In this document: one piece after another, positions 29,246 through 49,805 of the stretch
How the letters are laid out: every line of letters begins with the position of its first letter
How positions within the stretch are numbered: position 1 is the stretch's first letter
NCBI RefSeq assembly: GCF_009914755.1
Contig: NC_060939.1
Length of the DNA stretch: 64,000 bases
Reading direction: 5' to 3' (one strand)
Source of the DNA: the human T2T-CHM13v2.0 reference genome, Homo sapiens
Notes under the pieces: generated by a model
What the model was told of the DNA's origin: nothing
The model's input: only the letters and a program-made list of their open reading frames with translations
Databases searched by the model: none
Translations under genes and position numbers: made by a program

Positions 29246-30063
29246 AGTTGTCTCATATCCCCAAGCATAGCACTATCAATTTTAACCCATCTCTCCTGAG
29301 GCTCCATTCTTTCCCTCTTGCCTGCTTATTTTCCTCAGCATAGAAGCAGGTTCAACTCTCTCCCTCTGCCCAGTGTCCCTGGCTGACTACTCCCCAGCCT
29401 CACCTTTTCCTGTCATGCCTCCAGGGAGGACTAGACAGTTTGTCTCACCTTCCCAACGCAATTGGCTTAACGCCCAGGAAGCTTCTCTGTAAGTCCACTC
29501 TCTTAATGGTGCTTTTCAGCCTTGACACCTCGTGCCCTTTCTGCTGACCTTGCTGGGTGCCCCCTTTCTTTGACTATTTGACCTCCCTTACTCTGCTTTT
29601 CCTCTGATCGCCCCCTAAATGCTGCTGCTGCTGCTGGGTTCCCTCCTCACCCTCTCATCTACTCACTGACCTCTCCCCACTGCCATGAGCTCATCTATGC
29701 CCTGACTCTTTGTTGGCCCCCCTGTGCTGGGATTTCCACGTCTGAGCTCCAGCCCAGAACTTTATCTTACCAAGGTCTCCTGCCACCTGCTGGCCAGCTC
29801 CACTTGCGTGTGTCACGGGCTTTCAGACACAATGTGCCACAACCAAATCCATCCTTTTTCTCCCCAAACTTGCTCCTCCCCATTTTTCCTATTCTAGTGA
29901 CTCACCCAAACCAGAAGCACCCACCACACACATATACACATTCACACATTCACAAGCCCCATCTATCTCAACTCCTTAATATGTTTTAACTCTAAGTGCT
30001 GCTAGCTTAGTTTGGCCTTGATTTCTTGACTTGATGATTTACACAACCTTCTCATCTTCAATC

Positions 30064-31190
<1,127 letters not shown>

Positions 31191-31522
31191 GATGAGCAGG
31201 GCCCTTTGCACACGTTGCTCCTTCCGTCTGGAATGCCAAGACTTACTTTTCTGGCCATTACTCTCCTACTCATCCTTCCAGATTCCATGCAGTACAATTT
31301 ATTTGGGGGCAGCTTATTCCAGCCTGGGGGGAGGTGCTCTCCTGCCACTGTACTCTGTTAAACTCAGCAAACACTTCTCACACTGCTACGAAGGGTCTGT
31401 TTACTTATCTGACTGCAGTTGGCATCGTGTTTTTTTCCTGCTTCAGGCCCAATAAATATGTGTTGAATGAATGAATGAGAGAGAACATGAGAGTGAGCAG
31501 CAGGGGCTCAAAGCCATCTCTA

Positions 31523-32038
<516 letters not shown>

Positions 32039-32418
32039 TCAGCAAGCCTCTAAGGCCATATTTAGCCCAAAAATGTCTGTGTCAGGCAGCTCCACCACCG
32101 ATACAGTGTGTCTCTTCCAAACCACTCAAGGACCAAGTTCTTTTTCAAGTGCTATGAATTCTCCCCTTGAATGATGAGAGAGCAAGGTTGGGGACAAGTC
32201 AACACTGTCTCTGAGGACAGTTTTGCAGGGAACTGAATTTTCCTATGTGAAAGAATTTAGACTTCCTCTGAGGGTCAGGAATGCTGCTAAATGTCCTAGG
32301 GTGCACAGCCTGTACAACAAAGACATATCTGGGCCCAAATGTCAATGGTGTCAAATGGGGTTGAGAAACCCTGTTTTATATGATGCGGAAAGGACAAGTC
32401 TCTTTCTGGCTGCATCTA

Positions 32419-32787
<369 letters not shown>

Positions 32788-33512
32788 TCAGAACTGCGTA
32801 ACCTCAGTCCCCATCCTCTAGCCTATTTTCCCTCCACGAGGACCAAGGTCAGAGGTGAGCACTAGGCAGGGTTTCTGAGAGAGTCACAGAGGTGAAACTA
32901 TTTAGTGATCAACTATTTAGTGATAAAACTTTTTGGTCATGGTCCCTGGCAGAAGCCCTCTCAGGAACTGGACAGGCAGAAGCTCAGAGGGTCATATTTA
33001 GCGTGAGGAGCTCTCAAGCCAGCTTTACTATGGATATGACAGGAATAGGGCTACCTTTCTTGAGCACTTACTAGGTGCCAGGCTCTGTGCCATTTCTGTT
33101 CCTGGGTGAGGAAGAGCTATCTTTTTGTGGGTCCTGAAGCTTCCTTTTCTGGGCTTGAGCCTATCCCGATGCCCTCTTCATCCGTGTCCAGAACCTCAGA
33201 ACCTCTGCTGTAAGCCCCTGGCCTAGCACAGCCACTTGCCATCTTAAGATCCTCTGCCCTTCACTGTGACCCAACTCCCTCACCCACAGCTCTAAGGTGC
33301 CTCATCTACCTACAGCCTTGTAGCCGGGATAGCAGGCACCTCTATTCCCATGAGCCCACTGGCATCAGGTCAGCTTTCTGCTGGCTGCTGTCATGCCTCG
33401 TGCTTCTACTGTTTTCGAGGATGCAGACCCCCTTGGGACTGCCTGCTGCTCCCGAGTCCTCTCTGGGGACTTCAGCTCTGTGCAGCCCTGCGTGGTCCTG
33501 GACCCACCCCTA

Positions 33513-33647
<135 letters not shown>

Positions 33648-33926
33648 TCAAGTGGGAAAGAAAACGAGTGCTGAAGAGGTTCTGGAAATGCAGCCTGGCA
33701 GAGCTGTTGTTGTTCCAGTGGGATGGGAGGTCACTGTGTCAAAGTGGCTGTGGCACTCCCAGGAAGGGGCGTGCACACCATCACTGACCATCAGCGCCGC
33801 CTCTAAGGGTCTTGAAAGCCTACTCTCCATGCCAGGGCCATGCAGGGGGTGGGGCTCCTGCAGAGGTGTGCTATGCAGGGTTGGAGCCCTTCCTGGACTG
33901 GAACCTCATCTCCCTTGGGCTTCTCA

Positions 33927-34088
<162 letters not shown>

Positions 34089-34544
34089 TCAGGGGGCGCT
34101 TGAGAGACCGGGCTGGGGGCGTGTGGGAGGCTAGGATTTTCAGTGTCTCCTCTGGGCACTGAAAACTTGGAAAGAAGAGGAGTGCAGGAACCTAGAAGTG
34201 GCAGCCAAGAACAGGATGCATGAAGGCTGATCAATAAGGCACAGGTTCCACCGCATGCGGGGCATATACCAGGGGAGAAGGCAACAGAGCATAGAACACA
34301 GCGCTGCGGGGCTGCTCTGCTAGGGCAGGGTTAGGGAAGTAAGTGAATTTGGGAAAGGAGTTTGCAAATGAGCCCAACTTTGCTGAGGGGAAAAGCAGCA
34401 GAAGCTGGCGGGAGGAGCTGCCTGGGACAACTACTTCTGTGTGATGAGATGGGGAAATGCGGCCGCAGGGAGGCAGCACCTGCTTTTGGAGATGTCCTTC
34501 CCACATGGGAGGCCAGGGAACAACCCAGGAGGCAGGGCACTCTA

Positions 34545-34817
<273 letters not shown>

Positions 34818-35343
34818 TCATCACAGTACTCCAACCATGGTGAACAGATCCCCAGCATTAGAGCCACCTGGTACTGGTTAAACCTGCATGCTTCTGGGCT
34901 CCATCCTAGGCCCCTGGGTCATAGCTCTAGGGCTGGAGCCCAGGACCCTCCTTCTTAACAAGTTCTCTGGCTCCAGCCACAAAGAGGAGCATTAGAGCTG
35001 CCCTTCCTTGGGGGCTGGTTTCACCGGTTCTTAGTCCTCCACCCTGACTCGTTTGAGGTGCTTTGCACCTGGGTCCTGGAGGCCACTTATCCCAAGCTTC
35101 TTTCAACTCACAGGCTGGCCTGGACTCTCACCATCTTTTCAGAGGGGACTTCAGCGGCAAAGAGGGAATGGTGAACACATGACTCCTCTGAGAGGATTTT
35201 TAGGGACAAGGAAAAGCACCGAGTTACCATCATGGTCTGCATATTCTTATGAATAATTTAGAAGTATAAAAGAAGTCCCTTCGATCACTGCAGCAGCAAG
35301 CCCTGGGTAAGATGGGCCCTACCCACTCCTTCCCATGGGCCTA

Positions 35344-35733
<390 letters not shown>

Positions 35734-36661
35734 TTAAGGATCACACAGGGCCATGATGAAGGGTCCCCACACAGGGCCATGAGGAAGGGTCCCCAGGTCA
35801 GGCACTCATCCTGCAGGACAGCCTCATCATCTCGTCCTTCTCCCAGACCCGCACTCCACACCTGCCTCCCTTGCCTCATCCCTCTGAGGAGCTCTGGCTC
35901 CCTCCCCCAACCTCTCAATGGGACCTGGGTTCCTTTTCCCAGGCATCCAGTCCTTTGCCTATCTGTTGTCTGACTCCCGGTAGGGTGTGAGCTCTCGGGG
36001 ACCCGTGCTGTACTGTTTCGTTTCATTGCACTGCATTCCATTTCCATTTAGTGAACCCTGACTGTCCTACCAGCCCTGAACCGGGAGTGGAGGATACCGA
36101 GGCAGCTCCTGTTCCTGAGGAGCCCACGGTTTAGGACTGGAGATGGACACGCAGTGCAGCCCCTTAGATTACAGAGCACAGCAGCATGGCCAGGGCTCTT
36201 GTAGAGATGCCGGCACAGAGCAGCACAGTGGAGAGGCTCCCCCTGCCTTCGGGGATTGGGGAAGGCTTCGAGAAGGTCTTGAGAGATGGGTAGGAGCTTG
36301 CCAGGAGATAAGAGTGGGAAGCCCTTCCTGGCAGAGGGAACGTTCAGCCTGTTGCTCTGAGGATGGTGAGGAGTTGGAACATGGGGCGGTTCATGGGGAA
36401 AGGAAAGCAGGGTCCTGGCTGGAAGGGCCGTGGATGTTAGGCTAGGGGGATTTGGTCTTTATCTCAAAGACAGTGGGGATGTAACTGGGGCTTGATTTGC
36501 CACAGTTTTAAGGAAAATAATTCTGGGAGCTCCCGGAGGATGTTCTGATATGGCCCAGAGGAAGGAGAGGCACCACAAAGCTGAAATGGGCTAAAGAAAT
36601 GGTCTCATGACCAGGGGTTTTTGGACCTACCAGCTCTGTCTAGCCTCAACATGCAAGGTTA

Positions 36662-36934
<273 letters not shown>

Positions 36935-37077
36935 TCAGCTCTGGGCCTAATGAAGACTGAGGAGGAAGTCCCTCTTTCACTGCCCCCACTGGGACCCAGC
37001 CCAGAGTCCCTGGGTCAATCAGGGTGTGGCCTTTATGGTCAGCCAGGAAGACAAGAACAACCTTAAAAAGCTTGGCT

Positions 37078-37701
<624 letters not shown>

Positions 37702-40232
37702 CTAGTCGTTCACAGCCAGAACACTATCGTCCCTGGATAAATTGGCAACAGGCCAGGGAGCTTCCCAATGGCTTGTATGTCTTTCCCACAAATTCAATTT
37801 GTGACCAAAAACAGGTGTTTCAGAAAAAAGACAATTAAGCATAGGCTGACGGATGTAAGCAGAGGGAAGAGGAGCATTTGGCAAAACAGGGTTGGAGGGT
37901 TGGAAGGAGCAGCGGGGTTGAGAGGTGGAAGTCAGAACATTGGATTTCTGCCCCGGGGGTGTCCAAGTGAGTCTAGGGCTCCCTCAGTCTCCTCCCGGTG
38001 CCCCTCCTGCTTTCCTCATCCTAGGGTTGGGCTGGAAATCATGAGGAGGGTGGGCGACTTTGGGGCCATCACCCATTCTGGGAAGCTAGAAGCAGGAGGG
38101 CAACTGCTTAGGGCTAATCACTCTGACCCAGTGGCCGAGGTGGAGTGGACAGGGGTTAGACTAGTTTCTGGGGACTACAGAGAGAAAAGGATTTCCAAAT
38201 CATCCAGAGGAGCTGCTAGGCTAACCTCTCTGGAGCCCTCCAGGGATCCATCTGGGGATGAGGGTCCTGAAGGCAACAGAAGGATAAGACACCAGAAATG
38301 AGGAAGCCCTGAAAAATCTGGGGCCTAAAATTACAGACCCATATGCCCAAGGAGCCCTCCACTCCTGCCTTCCATCCTGAGTACTCTCTGAAGTCAGCTA
38401 GGCATCACTGTTTTTTATTTTTTATTTTTTTGGAAATTACTTCAAACTGAGGTGTTTGGCCCCAGGATCTACAGGGCTCTAGGAAGTAGCTTATGAGAGC
38501 ATGGGCAGTGCCAGCCTCCTCCTCTCTGCTTGGGTGTATGTAGCCCCCTTTATAAAGTGCCTGGCCTGTGAGCAGGGCTCCAACTTTTATCATAGGATGT
38601 AAAATGATGTAAAATTTCATTTTGAATCCCCATCTCCAAGCATGGCAAGATGACACTGAGATGCCAGGGAATCTGAAAACTTCTCAGTCACCTCCCAGAT
38701 GAGCGGAGCCAATGACTCTCCCCTGCCCAGACAGAGACCTCCACCCACACTCAGGCAGAGAGGCCCTCCCTAGGCAGGTCCCTACAAACTGAGCACAAAG
38801 GCAGGACTCCTGGCACTGGAGTCAAGAGTGTGGGCACCCTGAGCCAAGCACTGTCCTAGAACTCTTTGCTGGGTCTTTATGGCGGTCACCAGGGCCTGGC
38901 TCTGGAAGCAGACTCAGGGTGATCTGGGGGTACACCAATGCCTCAGCTTCGGAGGGAAGCAGCTTGAAGGGCTTTCTGCCAGTCATGGAAAGTCAAAGGG
39001 CCTCCCCCAGCCCAGGGGCCCTGCATCTACATTCAACCACGTGGGGCACCTGGATGAATACTAGCTCCCATCTGCTGATCCACCTGCCTGCGCCCTTGGA
39101 GCAGGAAATAAGGGCCTGAGCTGAGGACAGGTGGGGCCACCTGAAGTCGGGGAGAACGCTGCCCTGGACAGAAGAAGTGGAGAGAGAACCCACTGGGATT
39201 TAGGTACCACAGAGAAAAGCAGTCAGGAGCTGCGGGCCAGACATGAGGCCAGGCTTAAGAACCTGGGAAGGTTCTTCCACCTCCCCATGTTTCCGTCAGT
39301 TTCCCAGCCCTGCCTTGCCACGGGGCCTCCTTCAGGCTGGCAGCAAAACTCTTGAGAGGAAAAGGGCTATGTACTCGTTTGATGTTGTAAAGACAGGAAA
39401 GCCGGGAGAAACTCTTTTCCATTCTCCCAACAAACCCTTCAGGGAGCCCAAGGTTGAAGGTGGGTGAGATAGATTTAAAAGCAAAGACAGACACAATCTT
39501 CAGAGTGGGGAGGAAGAGAAGATGGGTCCTACTTTGGGTCTTATTTGGACATGTATTATGTCAGATGGCCATTTCTAGACGACACAGCTCCAGCCACAGC
39601 TAGGGCTGAGCTTTGCTAGAGGTGGCCACGGTTGGGGGGGCGGGGCACAGCAGGTCACCTGACCCCAGGGAAGCCGCTCATAGTCTGGTGAACCGTAGGG
39701 TCCTGTCAGACCCTTGGGTAGGGGGGTCTGGAGAGCGCCCAGCAATCTGCAAGAACAGAATGAGCCGGAAGAGAGGAGCAAAGACAGGGAAGTGTAGATT
39801 TTCTGGGAAGCGGAAGCAGAAGCTTGTGGAATAACACAGACCTCTTGGGGCCCTGGTCGGCCGGGGAGCCTTATCAATTCAAAATGGTATATTCTTTTTC
39901 TTAAAGAGGGTCCCCCAGATTGCATCAGCTTCAGGTCCTGCAAAGCCTGAGTGCACTCTGGAAACAGAATAGCCGGGGAGAGAGAGAGAAGCCCATCCTC
40001 AGGCCACCTCATTCCCGAGGCCCTCTCCAGTTCTCACCCCTGCACTGTTATAATGAAGGGCAGCTTTCCCAGGGTCATCTCAGTGAGTCTCAACTCCTGT
40101 GACCAAAATAGCCTGAGCCAGCACCAGGGTCTGGTGGTGAGACAAGCTTTTGCTTTCAGTGGGAAGGCTCAACCTGCTTCTCCCAGGGGTGACACCAAAA
40201 CAGGACCCTGGGTCTGAGAGCTGGTTCATTCA

Positions 40233-40643
<411 letters not shown>

Positions 40644-40979
40644 TCACTGGGACTTCTTGGTCACAACTCAGAGTAATAAGGTCAGGGTATTACAAAGATG
40701 GAGCAGGTGAAATTTGTTTTTGGAGGATAATGAAAGTGACCCACCTAGAAATGAGGCCCATCAAGAAAGAGTGATAGGAGAGCAAAGGCTTTTGGCACCC
40801 ATGGACCTTCATCACAGTCTATAAAATGGGCATTGTAATAGTAACTTCTTCATGGTCCATGGGAGGACTGAATGAAATATTGCATGTGAAGTACTTGCAT
40901 ACATCTGACAGGTAGTATGGATTCAATAAACAGTAGCAATTAAATGTTGTATTTAGCCTGGGTTCGATTCCATCCAGAA

Positions 40980-41339
<360 letters not shown>

Positions 41340-41555
41340 TGATGCTGCTGCTAGGCAGCTTCTGAGTCATCATAAACAATATTTACCAGGCACATAATCT
41401 CGTGGCACCCTCATGACTGCCCTGCCAGGTGGGCAGGACTTCTTACGGCCCAGCTGCAGTGTGGGCCATTTGTCCCTTGATTCCCTAACAGGGTGCTGGA
41501 GAGAACAGAGAACCCCCCAGGCCTGCTGCCAAAGGAGTCTAGGCCTGACTCACTA

Positions 41556-42010
<455 letters not shown>

Positions 42011-42379
42011 ACTGTTGTTGTTGTTATTATTATTAATAAGTGCGTTGCTTACTCTCATTGTTGGCCTCCTTTTTCTGGTCCCAATCCACAAGCAATGAAT
42101 AAAACCCAAAATCTTTCTCGCACCTACTCATTTTTTCTTAGAGCACAATCAGATAATTTTTAGAGCTAGTTTTGAGATCACTGAGTCCAATTCTCTTGTT
42201 TTATAGATGAGAAGAGTGAGGCTGAGTGTGGAACTGTCTCACCCAAGACTGTGCATGGTAGCTTTTTGACCTAAAGTCTTACTATAAACTCACAGCTCTA
42301 TGCAGCCCAGAAAAACCCTTCACGGAGGTGGCTCAAGAGTATTACAACAGTCTGTTAATCAATTCTCATTTAACAGAAG

Positions 42380-42753
42380 TGATATGGTTTGGCTTTGGGT
42401 CCCTGCCCAAATTTCAGGTCGAATTGTAATCCCCAGTGTTAGAGGAGGGGCCTGGTGGGAGGTGATTGGATCATGGGGGCAGTTTCTAATGGTTTAGCAC
42501 CATCCCCCTAGTGCTGCTTGTTTAAAAGTGTGTAGCACCTCCTCCTTCACTCTCTCTCTCTCTTTCCCACCAGCCATGTGAAGATGTGCTTGCTTCCCCT
42601 TCACATTCTGCCATGATTGTAAGTTTCCTGAGGCCTCCCCAGGAGCAGAAGCTTGTATAGCCCGCAGAACCATGAGCCAGTTAAACTTCTTTTCTTTATA
42701 AATTACCCCATCTCAGGTATGTCTTTATAGCAGTGTGAGAACCGACTAATACA
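42380..42753 (+). mobile_element. MSTA-like MaLR solo LTR in EPB42 intron 1
   Basis: TGATATGGTTTGG start, gactaataCA end, near-TSD agaag/agagg. Confidence 0.85.
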
Positions 42754-44334
42754 AGAGGGAAGAAAAAAACAAGGAGTAGAGAAGTCAAAAGATATGTTCA
42801 GCAAGCGCAAGATAAGGAACAATGCTGGAAAAAAAAGTTGGTTTTTTTGTTTTGTTTTGTTTTTGCAGCAAAGGAATTGTGTACTTTTTGTTCCTTTAAT
42901 AGCAGAAGGCCATTGGGAATCTCCTTGGTCTGAAAGGCAGCCTGCAGTTTTTGCACTGGCTCAACTGCCACAAGAGAGAAACTATGGCTTTTGCTCACAG
43001 GTATGAAATGAGGTCTAACCCACTTCAGGGAAGTGATATGACCCTGATAGCAAGGTCCTTTAGACTACAAGACGGATCTTGTCAAATTCAGGATACTCCT
43101 ACTTCAAATTTTCCTCAATTCCCAGTCTCTCTGACTTAGAGCTGAAGAGTAGAGGGGAAGGATGTTCTACTTTTCTTTCACTGGTGATGGGGATGATAGA
43201 AGATGCCAATGATGTCTATTTAGGGCAAAAGAACTGACATTATTGAATATGAAGAAATGTGAAAGTGTGCAGAGGAGGGAAGGAACCTCTCTGTGTCTGG
43301 TCCTCATGTCCCTGGGTGCCCCTTGCATCCTTGTATCCCCCTCCTCCACTTGGCTTGGTCAGGCCATGGCTATAGATAAAGTAGCCATGGGGAGGCTGGG
43401 ATTTGTAAACTGAAGTACAGCAGCACTCAGAAACCAAAAACGATTCCTCTTTCTGCTTAGCACAAAGCTCGTGCTGGGGCCCAGGGTAAGCCCTGCCTCT
43501 GCAGACTGGTTGAGTTGGATTGGATGGTGGAATGCCTTAGTCACATCCTAAGTCATATGACTTGAGCCTCCGTGTATCCGAACCCACGTAATGACCATAG
43601 TGTTACGGCAAGAGTCACTAGAATTCATTTGGATTCTTGTTCTGTCTAGAAGGCTCCCACCATCTCTTCTCTACCTGGCAGATGTCTACTCATCTTCCAA
43701 GATCCAAAGGCACCCACCTCTGTAGCCTTCACTGACTCCTCCTGGCAGAGGTCAGTCCTCTGGACTCCCACAGTACTCTGCTCCACTTTCTTCAGCACTT
43801 ATCCCATTTGATACCCATCACCTGCTTAGTCCTCTGCTCCCCTTTTCACTGTGAGCTCCCCAAGATACAGTGCTTTCTCATATCTGCATCCTCTGTCCCA
43901 GCAGAACTCAATAGATAGCCAATCAGTGTTTGCTCCGTCAATGAATGGATGAGAACATTGAGACGGCCTTAAAGGAGATTTTCTCAGATACATCACAGGG
44001 GCCTCAGGCCCCCACCTGTGCTGCCAGACCCTCGCAGGGCCCCTGAGGTTTCTGCATTCTTTAGGTCTGCCTGGTTTCTTGGTTTATCTCTGCCTCTGCC
44101 CCTTTTAGGTGGATTCATTGACTCCTGCCTCCCCTTCTCTCCCACTGGGTCTTGAGGCAATGATACCTTCGTGTTTTCTCACCATCTCCTATTTGTACCA
44201 CAGCCCATGAGAAGTTGTGTTAACCCGGAGATCATGTGGAATGCTCTTCAGAGGTGCACAATACCCCACCCTCCTCCCTCTCTGCCTTTCACAATACCCC
44301 AGAGCTGCCTCAGATGTGCCCCTCAAGCAGTTCT

Positions 44335-44756
44335 GTGTTTAACGACTGGCTGGGGGGAGGGGGCGGTGAGGGGAAAGGGCGTACTGAGTTACAGCATTTG
44401 CCAAGTTCTGTTGTGTAAACTACGCCCCCTGTGGCCAGTCTGAAGCTACTGAGGTGATGTCAGCAAGCGCAGAGCTGTGAAGAGGCGCGGACTGGCACAT
44501 CATCATGTGGTTTTTCCAGCACAGAGATACAGGAGACATAAACGCCCTCAAGAACATAAAGGTAAAAAGGAGTAAAATACGTAGGAAGTGATGAGTTTAG
44601 AGTACTTATTATCTTTCTTTTTAATATAAATTTTTTACTTGTAAGTTTATACAATTTAATTTTTAATAATGCCTGTGTTTAAGAACTGGTTCACAAGGTT
44701 CCTCAAAATTTAGCAATTGGCTCTTGCAAGTCAGCACAAGCCAGCTCCAGCCACTG
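44335..44756 (-). mobile_element. MER63-like DNA transposon
   Basis: Reverse complement resembles cagtgg...ctggagctggct...actcatcacttccta. Confidence 0.6.
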
Positions 44757-44956
44757 CAGCATGTCATGAGTTCATACTCAGTGATTCTCATCTGGTGGCT
44801 ACTGGGCCCTCTGCCACCCACTGCCTGGAAAGAATTTAGTGCCCAGGGGCATCCTCTGGTTTGGGACTAGACTAAACAATCTCCTGATATCTTTGTGTTT
44901 CTCTGATTGAGTAGATTTTAATTTGTCTGGTCTCTACAGAATAAAAAGAACGATTT

Positions 44957-45251
<295 letters not shown>

Positions 45252-45764
45252 GGACAATTTATTGGTGTCTGCCCTATTTTCACAAGACGTGGCTGAGATT
45301 ATTGACTTAATTCACCCAGAGTTCTTTTTCTTCCCTTCTCAGCTGTTGGTCTCAGCGTCAGTTGCCCTCCGCACACCAGACCAACCAGGGCAGGGGAGTG
45401 AGGCAGTTTCTATAGCAACAGAACCACAGCTGCACCCCACTGTCCCCACACCTCTGCACCATTTCCCTCTGCCTACCCGCTTGCTTCTCCCAGGACACAA
45501 AACAGCCAGGCAATTCCCAGGCCAGGATATAATAATTCCTGCCAAGAGTGCTGCGACTCTGACCACCTGTGTTGGTTTCTTGCTTTGTGTCTGCCTCTGC
45601 CCCTTTTAGGTGGATTCCCTGACTCCCTCCTCTCCTTCTCTCCCATTTGGTGTAGAAGCTGTGACACCTTCATGCTACCCAGGGTGTCTCTCATTTGTAT
45701 CAGTAAGCTGTGAACACTTATGCTATGATGACCTTGGGATAAGAATATAAATCCATGTTAACCA

Positions 45765-46700
<936 letters not shown>

Positions 46701-47154
46701 TTTGTTGGTGAAAAATAAATGTATTAAAAGTAGAAGCTGGGGCCCCAACTCTTCCAAGCCTACCTGGTCTGGGACCCTCTACCAGAGAAGGTTGGGAACT
46801 ATCTTGGGACTCAGGCCCTATGTCTTTTCAATTTTTCTTTCTTTAGTTCCTGAAGAGACAAGAGAAGGATCTCATATTTGGCCCTACCTGGGCTTGTGAA
46901 ACTGTGTTACCAGAAGCACTTTCAGGGCAGCTGTACTTGCTGCATATACATGAGACGTCTATAGAATGATATAAAACACACTGCCAAAAATATTGGTTGC
47001 CTGTGGGGAGGGGATCTGGGCAGTGGGGTAGAAAGGTTATCTTTCTGCTGTTTACTCTTTTATACTTTTAAAACTTTGAACTTTTGAACTCATTTGAAGG
47101 ATCTTATTATGTAAAAAAAAAAAAAAAAAAAAAAAATGAAACTTCTGCCTTTCA

Positions 47155-47448
<294 letters not shown>

Positions 47449-48329
47449 TCATAAGAAATGAAGAAGTTAATTTTTCATTATTTGAAGATGTCATTTTTTA
47501 CCTGGAAAACTTGAATCTACTAACAATGATTATAAAAGGTAATTTAGTGAGCTGGCTAATACCAAAAGTATAGAAGCCAATAGTTTTCATACCTGCAATC
47601 AATAACAAGTCAGAAACTGTAATTAAAGACCCAACCTATAATAGCAACAACAACAAAAGGTGAAATTTCTAGAAATAAACTTAAGAAATGTGAAGTGCTG
47701 TCAGTAAAACACTTGGAAACGGTATGGAGGGACACCAAATAAGACTTGAGCAGATAAAAAGGAAGATCACCATCCTGTGTAGGACAACTCAACTTTATAA
47801 AGCGGTCATTTCTTCCCAAGTTGATCTTAAGTTTAATTCATTCCCAATAAAAACACCAAGATTGTTTTTTGAAACTAGGTAAACTGATTCTAAGGTTCAA
47901 AAGGAAATTTCTAAGATAATAATAAAGTGTGACCAGCCTTCCTAGATATGAACACATAATATGATATTACTGTAATTGAAAAGTCCATAGATCAAAATAC
48001 ATGTATTAAATGTATGCTAAATGTGGCACTTCAAATCCATGGGGAAATGAAGGATTTATCAGTAAATGATTTTGGGACAACTAGCTTGTCAAAATACAGT
48101 TGGCTTCCTATCTTATGCCACACATCAAAATAAATTTCAGATGGATCAAAACTCTTATTAAATTCTTAAAGTAATAGAAGAAAAAATGAGACACTTCTTC
48201 TTAAGTTAACTTGGGAAAACCTTTAAAAATATTATGCAAAACTCAGAAGACAAAAAGAAAATACTGAGAAATTTGATTCCTTAAAAATTTTTAAATGGAA
48301 ATATTCACAATGTTAAAAGATATGCAGAT

Positions 48330-48625
48330 GGGGCACGGTGGCTCACACCTGTAATCCCAGAACTTTGGGAGGCCGAGGCGGGTGGATCACGAGGTCAGGA
48401 GTTTGAGACCAGCCTGGCCAACTTGGTGAAACCCCATGTCTACTAAAAATACAAAAAATTAGCTGAGCGTGGTGGCATGTGCCTGTAATCCCAGCTACTT
48501 GGGAGGCTGAGGCAGGAGAATAGCTTGAACCCGGGAGGTTGGAGGTTGCGGTGAGCTGAAACTGGGCCACTGTGCTCCAGCCTGGGCCACAGAGTGAGAA
48601 TCCGTCTCAAAAACAAAACAAAACA
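48330..48625 (+). mobile_element. AluSg-like
   Basis: Dimeric Alu, TSD aagatatgca. Confidence 0.9.
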
Positions 48626-48988
48626 AGATATGCAACAAGTTGGGTAAAATATTTGAAACTCATATCACGAAGGATTAATCTCCTTAATATAAAAGATGCC
48701 TATAAATCAATAAGAAAAGAATAACAAACTATTAGAAAAATGAGTAAAGGATATGATAGACAATTCACAGAAAAGGAAATAAAAATGTCTATCAATTCCA
48801 TGGAAAGATGTTCAGCCTCATTTAATAAAAATGCAAAATAAAAACACCCTGAGATATCATTCTTTCTTCACCTATTAGATTGGCAAAGATAAAAGAGTTT
48901 GACAACATTTTGAGTTGGTGATGTTTTAGGAAAATAGTTGCTCTCTTATAATACTAGTGGGAGTGCAAATTTAAATTGGTGCAGCCTC

Positions 48989-49297
48989 GGCTGGGCGCGG
49001 TGGCTCATGCCTGTAATCCCAGCACTTTGGGAGGCAGGTGAATCACTTGAGGTCAGGAGTTCGAAACCAGCCAGGCCAAGATGGTGAAAACCAATCTCTA
49101 CTAAAAATACAATAATTAGCCAGACATGGTGGTGGGTGCCTGTAATCTCAGCTACTCAGGAGACTGAGACATGAAAATCGCTTGACCTGGTGGGTGGAGG
49201 TTGCAGTTAGCCAAGATCATGCCACTGTATTCCAGCCTTGACAACAGAGCAAGACATTGTCTCAAAAAAATAGAAATAAATAAATTAATTAATAAAT
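48989..49297 (+). mobile_element. AluS
   Basis: Dimeric Alu, TSD aattggtgcagcctc. Confidence 0.88.
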
Positions 49298-49339
49298 AAT
49301 TGGTGCAGCCTCTCCAAATTTGTGCAGCCTCTACGGAGA

Positions 49340-49680
49340 GTGTTAGTCAGACTGGGTGGCTTAAACAACAGATATTTATGTTTTCACCCTTCTGTAGGAT
49401 GGAAGTTCAAGATCAGGGCCTTTAGGCTTGGTGTCTGGTGAAGGCTCTCTTCCTCACATGCCCTCTTCCCTGTGTCCACGCGGAAAGAGAAAGATCTCTG
49501 GTGTCTTTTCCTTTTCGTCTTCTTATAAGGACATCATTCCTATTGGATTGAAGCCCATTCTTATGACCCCACTTCACCTTTATTACCTTCTTATAGGTCC
49601 CATCTCCAAATACAGTCACATTGGGGGTTAGGGCTTCAACATATGAATTTTTGGGGAGGACACAATTCAGTCCAGAACAA
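49340..49680 (-). mobile_element. MLT1-family MaLR LTR
   Basis: gggtggcttaaacaacag ... ccatctccaaatacagtcacattggggg ... cacaattcagtcc. Confidence 0.8.
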
Positions 49681-49727
49681 AGGGAAATTAAGTGGTTTCT
49701 ACCAAAACTTTAAATGTCTATACTTTT

Positions 49728-49805
49728 TGCTGCTCTGCCTATGGATTAGCCATTCTTTATTCCTTTACTTTCTTAATAAACTTGCTCTCACTTAAAAAAA
49801 AAAAA
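49728..49805 (+). mobile_element. Short polyadenylated retrocopy of an ERV1 LTR 3' end (MER41-like)
   Basis: 66-nt insert with AATAAA plus A12 tail, flanked by TSD gtctatactttt. Confidence 0.75.

Noticed and set aside
32896-32927. 15-bp tandem duplication AACTATTTAGTGAT(C/A) including TGATAA
   Set aside because: An ordinary slippage duplication, with no further evidence of function.
36018-36050. Short CATTC/CATTG satellite-like run
   Set aside because: Too short and degenerate; more likely a MIR/L2-associated simple repeat.
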